A stretch of DNA of 64,000 bases, taken from the NCBI GenBank assembly GCA_963748625.1, contig CAVVJT010000004.1, positions 192,001 through 256,000 on the forward strand. Direction: 5' to 3'. Positions 20,709 through 29,481 of this stretch are shown in pieces (the stretch's first letter is position 1; the number at the start of each line of letters is the position of its first letter). The stretch comes from an uncultured Chloroflexia bacterium (GTDB lineage: Bacteria > Chloroflexota > Limnocylindria > Limnocylindrales > CSP1-4). Both the position numbers and the translations under genes were made by a program. The notes below the pieces were generated by a model. The model did no database searches. It saw only the letters and a list, made by a program, of their open reading frames with translations, and was not told the DNA's origin.

Positions 20709-21790
20709 CGTTCTCCTGCTGTCGTGACGAACGCTCCGCCGCGATGTGCCGCCAGGTATTCCGTGGCGAACCTGTCGTCGCCCAGGACGACGGCGGCCGC
20801 GAGGCGGAACGGGTGCGAGGTGCGCTCAAGTGTCCGGACGTGATCGAGCTGTACCGACGCCGGATCGAGAATCCCTGAGTCAACGCCGGCGTCCATCGCG
20901 AGCGCGACGAAGGTCTCGTTGAGCAGCCTCCGGTTCGGCAGTCCGAAGCTGATGTTCGATAGACCGCCGGTGATGTGGACCTCGGGTCCGTGGTTCGCAC
21001 GGAACGCCCGACTCGCCCCCAGGAACGTGCTGCCGCCGTCGCACTCGATGCCCGCGGGGAGCACCAGCAGGTCGACGTGGCAGGCGGCGGGAGCCACGCC
21101 CCGCGCAAGCGCGGCCTCGAGCATCGCCTCGGCGCACTCCAGGCGCTCGCGGATGCCTGGCGCCGCACCGCCACCCCGGACTGCCGACAGCACGACCGCG
21201 GCATGTAGCTCGGCAGCCAGGTCGAGCACCTCAAGGCGCTCCAGCGAGGCCGAGTTCAGCAGCAACGGTCCGCTTGGCGCGCGGCTCGCGCGCAGTCCGG
21301 CCTCCAGCACCTCAGGGCTCGACGAGTCCAACGACAACGGCACGCCGAGCTCGGGCTCGAGCAGGCGGACGAGCCACGCCATCGTCAGACAGCGCACGCC
21401 GAGATCCTCGTCGATGTCGTCGACGTTGACATCGATGTACCGCGCGCCGGCCCGCTGCTGGCGGACGGCAGCGGCCACCAGGTACGCACGTGCGTCCTGG
21501 GCGGCTTCCGGCGCGATGCCGCCGACGCGCCTCGCCGGCAGCAGTCCGTCGCCGGCGAGGCCCAAGAGCAGCGCATTCTTGATGTGCTTCACCCGGAGCC
21601 GCGCGTACTCCTCGGAGTGCGCGATGGACGCCGCAATCGGGCACGTGCGCTCGGTGCCGGACGCATCGAGGAACTGCAGGACCTCCGCCCCGTCGAGCGT
21701 GGCCATGCTCTGGCCGCGGCGCGCACAGGTGCGTGACGCGTGCACGTTCTCGCCGATCACCACGAAGGGCTCGGCCTGGTCGGCGCTCAC
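20705..21790 (-). CDS. Pterin-binding methyltransferase (MetH-folate/AcsE/MtvA-like; methyl-corrinoid:THF)
   Basis: VIGENVHAS, YIDVNVD, LSLDSS, LNSAS and GGLSNISFGLPNRRLLNETF motifs; GTG start inferred. Confidence 0.83.
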   Translation of the reverse strand: MSADQAEPFVVIGENVHASRTCARRGQSMATLDGAEVLQFLDASGTERTCPIAASIAHSEEYARLRVKHIKNALLLGLAGDGLLPARRVGGIAPEAAQDARAYLVAAAVRQQRAGARYIDVNVDDIDEDLGVRCLTMAWLVRLLEPELGVPLSLDSSSPEVLEAGLRASRAPSGPLLLNSASLERLEVLDLAAELHAAVVLSAVRGGGAAPGIRERLECAEAMLEAALARGVAPAACHVDLLVLPAGIECDGGSTFLGASRAFRANHGPEVHITGGLSNISFGLPNRRLLNETFVALAMDAGVDSGILDPASVQLDHVRTLERTSHPFRLAAAVVLGDDRFATEYLAAHRGGAFVTTAGER

Positions 21791-21836
21791 GAGCGGCGGT
21801 TTCGATCGAGGGCCGAGGTGGTCGCGGGGTCGCCGG

Positions 21837-22463
21837 CTACCGGGCCAGCAGGCCGCGGGCCAGGTCGACGGCCGCACCGGCATCGGGGGCGTAGCCGTCG
21901 GCGCCGATCTGCGCCGCGAACTCGGGGGTGACCGGCGCGCCGCCCACGACCACCCTGGCCCGCAGGCCCGCGGCCCGCACGGCCTCGACCACGCCGCGCA
22001 TGCCGGGCATGGTCGTGGTGAGCAGCGCGCTGATGCCGATGATGTGGACGTCGTGCTCCCGGGCCGCCTCGACGAAGCGGGCCGCCGGGACGTTGACACC
22101 GAGGTCGATGACCTCGATGCCGCCGCCCTTCCACATCATGCCCACGAGGTTCTTGCCGATGTCGTGGAGGTCCCCCTCCACCGTGCCCACGATGGCCCGG
22201 AACTCGGGGGTCACGCCGGCCGCGAGCAGGGCGGGCTCCAGGATCTCCGTGCCGGCCTTCATGGCCCGCGCGGCGATCAGCATCTCGGGGACGAACAGCT
22301 CGCCCTCCTGGAACTTGCGGCCCACCACGTCCATCGCCGCGGTCATCGCGTCGAGGACCGTCGTGGGGTCGAGCCCCTCGTCGAGGGCGGCCTGGGTGAG
22401 CTCCGCTGCGGCCTTGCGGTTGCCCGCCTCCACGGCGGCGGTGAGGGCGGCGAGGTCGGCCAT
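21837..22463 (-). CDS. Cobalamin-binding corrinoid protein 1 (MtbC/MttC-like)
   Basis: Cap domain (F..GELFVPEMLIAARAM) plus GTVEGDLHDIGKNLV (DxHxxG), SALLTTT and GGAP...GADGY. Confidence 0.94.
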   Translation of the reverse strand: MADLAALTAAVEAGNRKAAAELTQAALDEGLDPTTVLDAMTAAMDVVGRKFQEGELFVPEMLIAARAMKAGTEILEPALLAAGVTPEFRAIVGTVEGDLHDIGKNLVGMMWKGGGIEVIDLGVNVPAARFVEAAREHDVHIIGISALLTTTMPGMRGVVEAVRAAGLRARVVVGGAPVTPEFAAQIGADGYAPDAGAAVDLARGLLAR

Positions 22464-22494
22464 GGTGGTGCGTCTCCGGTAGGTCTCGTGGGGC

Positions 22495-24000
22495 TCAGGC
22501 GAGGTAGCGGCCGATCTCGGCGCTGACTTCGTCGTAGGTTCGCTGGCGCTCGTTGAGGTCCGTGACCTCGCCAACGATGTGGAACTTGCGGAAGACCAGG
22601 ATCCGGCGGGCGAGGTGGACCATCTCGGGAAGGTCGGAGGAGATCAGGATGATCGACTTCCCGTCCTTCTTCGCGAGATCCCAGATCAGCTGGTGGATCG
22701 CCTCCTTGGCGCCGACGTCCACCCCGATCGTGGGCTCGTCCACGATCAGCGTGTCGCAGCCCGCGGCCAGCCACTTGGCGATGCTGACCTTCTGCTGGTT
22801 GCCGCCCGACAGCCTCCCGACCGGCTGCTCCATGCTGGTGGCCCGGACCTCCACGGCCTCCATGTACTCCCGCGCGACGTCCCGCTCCTTCGCGAGGCTG
22901 ATCCCGACAAGCGGCTTCGAGATGCGGTCCCAGACGGTGATGGCGATGTTGGTCTTGATGCTGGCGCCCAGGATCAGGCCCTTCTCCTTGCGGTTCTCGG
23001 AGATGTAGCCCAGGCGGTACCGCCCGAGGGCATCCGCCATGCCGCGGATGCGGACGGGCACGCCCTTGACCAGGACCTCCCCGTCGTAGGCCGGGTCCTC
23101 CCCCACCAGGATCTGCGCAAGCTCAGTCCGGCCCGAGCCCACGAGTCCGTAGAAGCCGAGGATCTCGCCTGCGTGGAGCTCGAAGCCCGCGCCGTCGAAC
23201 CGGTCCGCCTGGCTGATCCCACGGGCCTCCAGCACGACGGTGGAGGCATCGATGTCGAGCGACCCCAGCCAGTCGTTGCGCGCGTCGCGGCCCAGCATCA
23301 TGGTCACGATGGCATCCTTGGTGAGCTCGGCGGCCGGGCGCGTTCCGACAAGGCGGCCGTCCCGGAGCACTGAGACACGGTCCGCGATGTCGAGGACCTC
23401 CTCGAGCTTGTGGCTCACGAACACCAGCGTCACGCCCTCTTCACGCAGACGGCGGAGCACGGTGAACAGGTTGTTCGCCTCGTGGAGCGTGAGCGACGAG
23501 GTTGGCTCATCCAGGATCAGCACGCGGGCATCGGCCGAGAGCGCCCGGGCGATCATCACGAGCTGCTTCTGGGCAGCGGACAGCCCGCCGGCCTGGTTCG
23601 AGACGGGCACCTCGAGGCCGACCAGCGCCGTGTAGCGCGCGGCCTCCCGGGCAAGCCCGCTCCAGTCGAGCCGGCCTCGCTTGTGGAAGCGCTCGAGCTT
23701 GTCGAGCATGACGTTCTCGGCAATCGTGGCCTTCGGGACGACCTGGATCTCCTGGCTGACCAGGTTGATCCCGACCCGCATGGCGTCGCTGTAGCTGTGG
23801 AGCGCGAGGGTCGTGCCGTCAAGGGCGACCGAGCCCTCGTCGGGCTCGTGGATCCCGCAGATGACCTTGATGAGGGTGCTCTTGCCAGCGCCGTTCTCAC
23901 CGACGACCGCATGGATCTCGCCGGGTTCGAACGTCAGCGAGACCTCGCTGAGCGCGCGTACCCCGGGGAACTGCTTGCTGACGTCCTGGACGTGGAGCAT
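22495..24000 (-). CDS. Monosaccharide (CUT2, RbsA/MglA-like) ABC transporter ATP-binding protein
   Basis: GENGAGKSTL, LILDEPT, second domain GLVGSGRTE, LSGGNQQK, DEPTIGVDVGAK. Confidence 0.95.
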   Translation of the reverse strand: MLHVQDVSKQFPGVRALSEVSLTFEPGEIHAVVGENGAGKSTLIKVICGIHEPDEGSVALDGTTLALHSYSDAMRVGINLVSQEIQVVPKATIAENVMLDKLERFHKRGRLDWSGLAREAARYTALVGLEVPVSNQAGGLSAAQKQLVMIARALSADARVLILDEPTSSLTLHEANNLFTVLRRLREEGVTLVFVSHKLEEVLDIADRVSVLRDGRLVGTRPAAELTKDAIVTMMLGRDARNDWLGSLDIDASTVVLEARGISQADRFDGAGFELHAGEILGFYGLVGSGRTELAQILVGEDPAYDGEVLVKGVPVRIRGMADALGRYRLGYISENRKEKGLILGASIKTNIAITVWDRISKPLVGISLAKERDVAREYMEAVEVRATSMEQPVGRLSGGNQQKVSIAKWLAAGCDTLIVDEPTIGVDVGAKEAIHQLIWDLAKKDGKSIILISSDLPEMVHLARRILVFRKFHIVGEVTDLNERQRTYDEVSAEIGRYLA

Positions 24001-24050
24001 GAGGTCGACTCCGGCTGCACCCTGGGGACCGGCCGACGGCCGGGCGAGGG

Positions 24051-24092
24051 CCGGGCGAGGTGACGGCGGGGAACCACCGCCACCTCGCCCGG
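24051..24092 (-). terminator. GC-rich hairpin after the binding-protein gene (terminator or mRNA stabiliser)
   Basis: CCGGGCGAGGTG...CACCTCGCCCGG inverted repeat directly after the SBP stop; no U-tract. Confidence 0.55.
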
Positions 24093-24098
24093 TGGGTC

Positions 24099-25241
24099 CT
24101 ACTTGGTCAGGACATCCGTCGTGAGGGTGGCCTTGATCTGGTCGGTCACCTTCGCGATGTCATCGGCGAACGTGTTCAGATTGGCCTGGGTCACGAACGC
24201 CGTGCCGGTGTCCACCTTGTACACGCCCGGCTTCACGGTGTAGCCATCGGCCATGCACATCAGGGCCAGCGTGGACAGGTAGCCGTGGCCGAAGGGGTTC
24301 TGGGAGATGGTGCCGTCCATCACGCCGTCCTCGATCGCCTTGATGACGATCGGGTCGGTGTCGATGCCGACGGCGTGGATGGTCCGGTCGCCGCCCTGGG
24401 CCTTGTAGTCGGTGAGAACCTGCGCGATCGCGACGCTGGGCGTGAAGCCGGTGGCGATGATCCCGTCAACGGTGCCGCTGTTCGCAGCGATCGCGTCGGT
24501 GACCTTCTGGACCGCTTCCTCGGCGCTCTTCATCCCGGAGATCTCCTGGATGATCTTGACGTCCGGGTACTTCGCGACGACTTCCTCGATCCCCTGCTTG
24601 CGGAGGACGGTGTTGGGATCCTCGAGGACCTCGAGGACGTTGATGACGTTGCCCTTGCCGCCCATGGTCTGGATCAGCGCCTCGGCCGCCTGCGAGGCCG
24701 CAGCCTTGACGTCGGTCGCGAAGACCAGCTTGGCCGGCGTCGGCTCAGCAGTGGAACCGCCGAAGTTGACGATCGTGGCGCCCTCGGCCGTCAGCTCCTC
24801 GTAGAGGGCGTTGGCGCCGTTGGCGTCGGACGGGTAGACGGTGAAGTAGCGCGAGCCCTTGGCGAACAACGCCTGCATGCCCTGGTTCTGCGCGTCCTGG
24901 GTCCAGTCCGGCCCGACCTGGAGGACCGGGGCGAACCCGAACTCAGCGCCGGCCGCCTCGACGCCCGGCTTGACGGTGTCGAAGTAGGGGTGCGGCGCGG
25001 ATGCGTACCAGACGGGCGCGAAGTCAGCCGGTGCCGCGCAGGCGAAGCCGGTGGCGGCCTCGGTGGCGGCCGGAGCCTCGGTGGCGGCCGGCGCTTCGGT
25101 CGCTGCCGGAGCCTCGGTGGCGGCGGGTGCCTCAGTGGCTGCCGGTGCCTGGGTGGCCGTCCCGGTGCCGGAACAGGCCGCGAAGAGCATGCCGGCCGAC
25201 AGGGCCAGCACGAGGGCCTTGGGAAGGGAGCGATTGGACAT
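24099..25241 (-). CDS. Sugar ABC transporter substrate-binding lipoprotein (RbsB-like fold)
   Basis: Lipobox FAAC, five APAATE linker repeats, HPYF, VGIDTD...I..IEDG.MDGTISQNPFGHGY; start MSNR at 25241. Confidence 0.9.
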   Translation of the reverse strand: MSNRSLPKALVLALSAGMLFAACSGTGTATQAPAATEAPAATEAPAATEAPAATEAPAATEAATGFACAAPADFAPVWYASAPHPYFDTVKPGVEAAGAEFGFAPVLQVGPDWTQDAQNQGMQALFAKGSRYFTVYPSDANGANALYEELTAEGATIVNFGGSTAEPTPAKLVFATDVKAAASQAAEALIQTMGGKGNVINVLEVLEDPNTVLRKQGIEEVVAKYPDVKIIQEISGMKSAEEAVQKVTDAIAANSGTVDGIIATGFTPSVAIAQVLTDYKAQGGDRTIHAVGIDTDPIVIKAIEDGVMDGTISQNPFGHGYLSTLALMCMADGYTVKPGVYKVDTGTAFVTQANLNTFADDIAKVTDQIKATLTTDVLTK

Positions 25242-25301
25242 GGTCGGGTGGGTCCTCAAGTGGGGTGTGATGGCGTGGACTGGGCGAGGGCTGACTGCGT
25301 G

Positions 25302-26333
25302 TCACCCCTCCTTTGGAGGTGACGTGCCGCGAGGGACGCGGCGGCGGCGTCGGCCGATGGCCCGGAAGCTCTCGAGCGAGACGGCGAGGAGGATGACCAG
25401 GCCCAGGAACGTCTGCTCGAAGTAGACGTTCACGTTGAACATGATCAGGCCGTTCTTGATCAGCGTGAGCATGATCGCGGCGGCCCCGAGGCCAAGCGGT
25501 GAGATCTCCCCGCCCGCGAGCGAGGTGCCACCGATGATCGCAACGGCAAACGAGATGATCAGCCAGTCCGAGCCGATGGACGGCTGGGCCGATCCGACAC
25601 GAGTGATCCAGAGGAAGCCGGCGAGGGCGGCGAAGAGGCCGGAGAGCACGTTCGCGAGAACGGTCACCCGGTCGGTCCGGATGCCGGACAGGCGTGCCGC
25701 CTCGCCATTGCCGCCGGTGGCCAGGATCCTGCGACCGGTCACGGAGAAGCGGAAGAAGTAGGCCAGGACGGCGAGCAGCACGAGCATCATCACGAACAGG
25801 ATCGGGATCCCGAACAGCTCGCCCCGGCCGATCATTGTGATGTCCTTGGGGATGTTGGTATACGGGTTGCCCTGGCTGATCCCGTTCACAAGGCCGACGA
25901 AGATGAACGAGGTAGCGAGGGTCGCGACGAACGAGTTCAGGTTGAGCCGGGTGATGATCAGGCCGTTGAACAGGCCCGCGAGCACGCCCACGAACAGCGC
26001 GATCGGGAGGGCCACGAGCGGATCGAGGCCGGCGTCCTGCATCGCCATGCCGGCCACGACGACTGAGAGTCCACCGATCGCCCCGAGCGAGAGGTTCATC
26101 CCGCCGATCACGATGACGATGGCCTGGCCGACGGCGACGAACACGTACAGGGCGGCCGTCCGGCCCATGTTGAACAGGTTGTACTCGGTCAGGAAGCTGG
26201 AGCTGCCGATCGAGAAGATGACGAACAGCACGAGCGTGGCTGCGACGACGCTGAAGTCGCTGCGCCGGAGGAGGCCGGCGAGCACGTCCGAGGCCGTGCG
26301 CCGGGGGTTGTCGGTGGTGGCGGGCGCGGTCAT
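25302..26333 (-). CDS. Sugar ABC transporter permease (RbsC-like)
   Basis: GGMNLSLGA, SFVATL, GGNGEAARLSGI and AIIGGTSLAGG motifs. Confidence 0.95.
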   Translation of the reverse strand: MTAPATTDNPRRTASDVLAGLLRRSDFSVVAATLVLFVIFSIGSSSFLTEYNLFNMGRTAALYVFVAVGQAIVIVIGGMNLSLGAIGGLSVVVAGMAMQDAGLDPLVALPIALFVGVLAGLFNGLIITRLNLNSFVATLATSFIFVGLVNGISQGNPYTNIPKDITMIGRGELFGIPILFVMMLVLLAVLAYFFRFSVTGRRILATGGNGEAARLSGIRTDRVTVLANVLSGLFAALAGFLWITRVGSAQPSIGSDWLIISFAVAIIGGTSLAGGEISPLGLGAAAIMLTLIKNGLIMFNVNVYFEQTFLGLVILLAVSLESFRAIGRRRRRVPRGTSPPKEG

Positions 26334-27586
26334 CGGTACTCGTCCACCGCCTCGAACATCGCGACGATGTTCTCGGGCGGGATGTCGGGAAGCATGTTGT
26401 GGGCTGGAACGAACACGAAGCCGCCTCCGGGCGCGAACGTCTCGATGTTGCGGCGCACGTGGTCCTTGACGCTCTCGGGTGTCCCCAGGGGCAGGACGTT
26501 GCGGGTATCGGCGCCGCCGCCCCAGAAGGTGATGTCCGCCCCGAAGTCACGCTTGAGCCGCTCAGGCTCCATGTCCTTTGCCGAGATCTGGACGGGGTTG
26601 ATGATGTCGAAGCCCGCCTCGATCAGGTCGGGCATGAGCTTGTAGATGGACCCGCACGAGTGGAGGAACGTCTTCATGCGGCTGTGCTCATGGACGTAGG
26701 CGTTGAGCACGGTCTCCCTCGGCTTGAAGTGGGTCCGGTAGGTGTCGGGCGACATCAGCGGACCGCGGTCCATCCCCAGGTCGTCACCGAAGCGGATGAT
26801 GTCGGCGACGTCGCCCACCGCCTCGATCACCTTCTCAAGCGTCGCGAGGTGGATCTCCATGAGGGCGTCCAGCAGGCGTTCGACGTTGGCCGGGTCGAGC
26901 GCCAGGTCCATCAGGAAGTTGTCGATCCGGCGCAGGAACGTGCCCCACTCGAAGAGGTTGCAGCCCACGACGACCACCAGCGCACGGTCGGTCGTCGCGC
27001 GGAGGGCGAGCGTCCTGCTGCGGAGCTGCTGCCAGAAGTCCGCCTCGCCGGCGTGATCCCAGGGGCTGTGGACCAGCCCGGACCACAGGACGCGGGGCAT
27101 GACCTCAGCCAGACCGGAGAGGTCATCGGGGTAGCCGTCGACGTAGGGGAAGTGGGTCTGGTCGAAGAAGTTGGCCCCGATCGGCATCCTGGCGATTCGG
27201 AGGCCGTCCTTGTCGAACGCGTCCCACGCACCGTCCGGCTGGTGGACCGGGTTGAACCAGGCCGGGACGTCGATCTCGATGCCGGACGGCAGCGTCATCG
27301 GGTGCCAGTCCGCGTCCTGCGTGTTGAACGTCCGGCCGATGTCCACGGCGTCGATGCGGAAGTGGTCGAGCAGCTCGTCGGACGGCTGGGCCAGCTGCTG
27401 GACGACGTCATAGACGCGCGAGCGCTGGTCCCGAAGGCCGATGTGCTCCACCAGCCTGGCATGTGCGACGGCGGAGATCCCGGAGCTCGGGTTCGAGCCC
27501 AGGTCGACGGCCAGCCGGTCAGGCTCGCGGTGCTCGATGGATGCCAGCACCCGCGCGCGCGGTGACATCGTCGACGGTACGGCCAT
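26330..27586 (-). CDS. Uroporphyrinogen-decarboxylase-family (MtaA/CmuA-like) substrate:corrinoid methyltransferase
   Basis: M.PRARV...HREPDR, FGDDLG, FLHSCG (Zn ligands), NPVQ, FWGGGAD and GGGFVF..AHN; AGGAG RBS. Confidence 0.87.
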   Translation of the reverse strand: MAVPSTMSPRARVLASIEHREPDRLAVDLGSNPSSGISAVAHARLVEHIGLRDQRSRVYDVVQQLAQPSDELLDHFRIDAVDIGRTFNTQDADWHPMTLPSGIEIDVPAWFNPVHQPDGAWDAFDKDGLRIARMPIGANFFDQTHFPYVDGYPDDLSGLAEVMPRVLWSGLVHSPWDHAGEADFWQQLRSRTLALRATTDRALVVVVGCNLFEWGTFLRRIDNFLMDLALDPANVERLLDALMEIHLATLEKVIEAVGDVADIIRFGDDLGMDRGPLMSPDTYRTHFKPRETVLNAYVHEHSRMKTFLHSCGSIYKLMPDLIEAGFDIINPVQISAKDMEPERLKRDFGADITFWGGGADTRNVLPLGTPESVKDHVRRNIETFAPGGGFVFVPAHNMLPDIPPENIVAMFEAVDEYR

Positions 27587-27628
27587 CACGCGGACTCCTG
27601 TCGGGTGGTCAGTGTCAGTGGAGGGGGT

Positions 27629-27665
27629 GTGGTGCCCGGCCGAGGTGTGTCGGGCCGGGCACCAC
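27629..27665. other. Intergenic hairpin between the corrinoid protein and methyltransferase genes
   Basis: GTGGTGCCCGGCC-N11-GGCCGGGCACCAC, a perfect 13-bp stem. Confidence 0.6.
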
Positions 27666-27722
27666 GCTGAAGGAGGAGCGAGGGTCGGGTGGAGAGGTCG
27701 GTTGTCCAGGAGCACCGCGCCG

Positions 27723-28379
27723 TCATCGGGCAGGTTCCGCGAGAAGGCGGCGGGCGACGTCCACGGCCATGCCTGCGTCGAGCGCCCAGCCGTCGGCCCT
27801 GATGTCCGAGGCGAACTCGTCCGACACGGGAGCGCCACCGACGATGATCCGGACCGGCACGCGCGTGGCGCGGACGGCCGCCGTCGCCTCCCGCATGGAT
27901 CGCATCGTGGTGGTGAGAAGGGCAGACATCCCGACGATGTCCGGGCGGTGCTCCACCGTGGCATCCGCAAAGGTGGCTGCCGGCACGTCGACGCCAAGGT
28001 CGATGACCGCGATGCCGGCGCCCCGCCACATCGCTGCGACAAGATCCTTGCCGATGTCGTGAAGGTCGCCCTTGACCGTGCCGATCAACGCCAGGTGACG
28101 GGGCTGCGCCCCGCTCGACGCTGAAAGCGTGGGCTCCAGCAGCGCGAGCGCGCCCTTCATCGCGCGAGCGGCGATGAGCATCTCGGGAACGTAGATCTCG
28201 TTCTTCTTGAACGCCTCGCCGACCAGGGTCATCCCCGGGCCGAGATAGAGCTCGATGATCCGGTGGGGATCCTCGCCACGGTCGAGGCAGCGCTGCGTCT
28301 CGGCGATCGCCTGTTCGCGCTTGCCTGCGACGATCGCAGCGGTGAGCGGGTCGAGGGGGAGCATGGACCGCATCGTCAC
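27723..28379 (-). CDS. Cobalamin-binding corrinoid protein 2
   Basis: EIYVPEMLIAARAM, GTVKGDLHDIGKDLV, SALLTTT and GGAPV motifs; start may be 28373 or 28364. Confidence 0.93.
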   Translation of the reverse strand: MTMRSMLPLDPLTAAIVAGKREQAIAETQRCLDRGEDPHRIIELYLGPGMTLVGEAFKKNEIYVPEMLIAARAMKGALALLEPTLSASSGAQPRHLALIGTVKGDLHDIGKDLVAAMWRGAGIAVIDLGVDVPAATFADATVEHRPDIVGMSALLTTTMRSMREATAAVRATRVPVRIIVGGAPVSDEFASDIRADGWALDAGMAVDVARRLLAEPAR

Positions 28380-28398
28380 CGCAATCCGATGGGCGTTC

Positions 28399-28424
28399 TT
28401 GTATACCGGTTCGAAACCTTTGTA
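28399..28424 (-). promoter_or_regulatory. Putative AraC-family operator (TACAA direct repeats, 21-bp period)
   Basis: TACAA at 28424-28420 and 28403-28399 in an AT-richer patch just upstream of the operon. Confidence 0.4.
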
Positions 28425-28469
28425 GCAGCGTCCGGATCGCTCGTCCGCAGGGGGTTCCGGGGCGACGGG

Positions 28470-29405
28470 TCAGCCGGCCAGGTCGACACCCGGCTCGATC
28501 GGTCCCTCGTCGGCAGCGGCGGTTGCCTGGCGCGGCCGGTTCGCCTCACGGAACTGGCGCGGCGTCAGCTGCTTCGCGTGCGCGAAGACCTTCGTGAAGT
28601 GGCTCTGGTCGAAGAAGCCGCATCGGTCGGCGATGGTCGCAAGCGGCTCGTTGGTCGTGAGCAGGAGCTCGCACGCCAGGTCGACGCGGGCCTGACGGAG
28701 CAGTTGCGAGAACGACAGGCCCGTCTTCTCGCGAAGCATGTAGGAGAAGTGGCTCGGCGACACACCGACACTCCGGGCGGTCTCGTCGCGGGTGAGCTCT
28801 CGGTGGGCGTTGGCCCGGATGTAACGAACGGCCTCGGTGATGACTGGAGCCTGCAGGGCCTGGCGCTGGCCTTCGATGGCGGTGAAGATCTGCTCGATCG
28901 TGGTGCGCAGCCACTCCGCGAGCTGCTCGTCGTCGCGGACCTCCGCCAGCGCCGTCAGGCATTGGAAGTTGATCCCCAGGACCGCGGACGGGCTCGATCC
29001 CGCCGCGACCGCCGCCCGCGACATCATCACGACCAGCTCGAGAAGCAGCCCCTTCAGCAGGTCACTGCGCTCCTGGCCGGCCGAGTAGATGTGCACGAGG
29101 ACGTGGTTGATGAGCCGCCGGGCCTCGCCGCGGTCGCCGCGGCTGATGGCGTCCATCAGCGCCGGCTCCAGGGCGAGATAGAACTCCCTGATGCCGTCGT
29201 ACGGCTGGAGCTCCGACAGGGCGATCGATGGGAAGTCGTTCTCCTGGATCGACCGGCGCTCCGCCCGCCGGGTCGCACGGAGGCTGGCCGGAGCCCGACC
29301 TCCATCACCAGTGGCCCCATCGCTCGCTGGGGCTGTCGTCAATGTCCGCTGGACGGGTTCGGTCACAGCAACCTTCGGCATCCACTGTGCGGCAGCCCTG
29401 GCCAC
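28470..29405 (-). CDS. AraC-family transcriptional regulator
   Basis: C-terminal double HTH (AVRYIRAN...SPSHFS...ARVDLACELL...IADRCGFFDQSHFTKVF...TPRQFR); start uncertain. Confidence 0.9.
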   Translation of the reverse strand: MARAAAQWMPKVAVTEPVQRTLTTAPASDGATGDGGRAPASLRATRRAERRSIQENDFPSIALSELQPYDGIREFYLALEPALMDAISRGDRGEARRLINHVLVHIYSAGQERSDLLKGLLLELVVMMSRAAVAAGSSPSAVLGINFQCLTALAEVRDDEQLAEWLRTTIEQIFTAIEGQRQALQAPVITEAVRYIRANAHRELTRDETARSVGVSPSHFSYMLREKTGLSFSQLLRQARVDLACELLLTTNEPLATIADRCGFFDQSHFTKVFAHAKQLTPRQFREANRPRQATAAADEGPIEPGVDLAG

Positions 29406-29481
29406 CCGGGTACGAGTGGGTCGTTGGCCATCACGGAAGCCGCGGCGCGGACCCTATCACACGCGGGTGGACACTGACGGA

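Noticed and set aside
20705-22463. Split methionine synthase (metH)
   Set aside because: No homocysteine-binding or SAM-reactivation domain nearby, and the genes are embedded in a sugar-uptake operon; use with partners encoded elsewhere is not excluded
26330-27586. True uroporphyrinogen decarboxylase (hemE)
   Set aside because: Lacks the RQAGR motif, has the HSCG zinc motif and is flanked by corrinoid proteins
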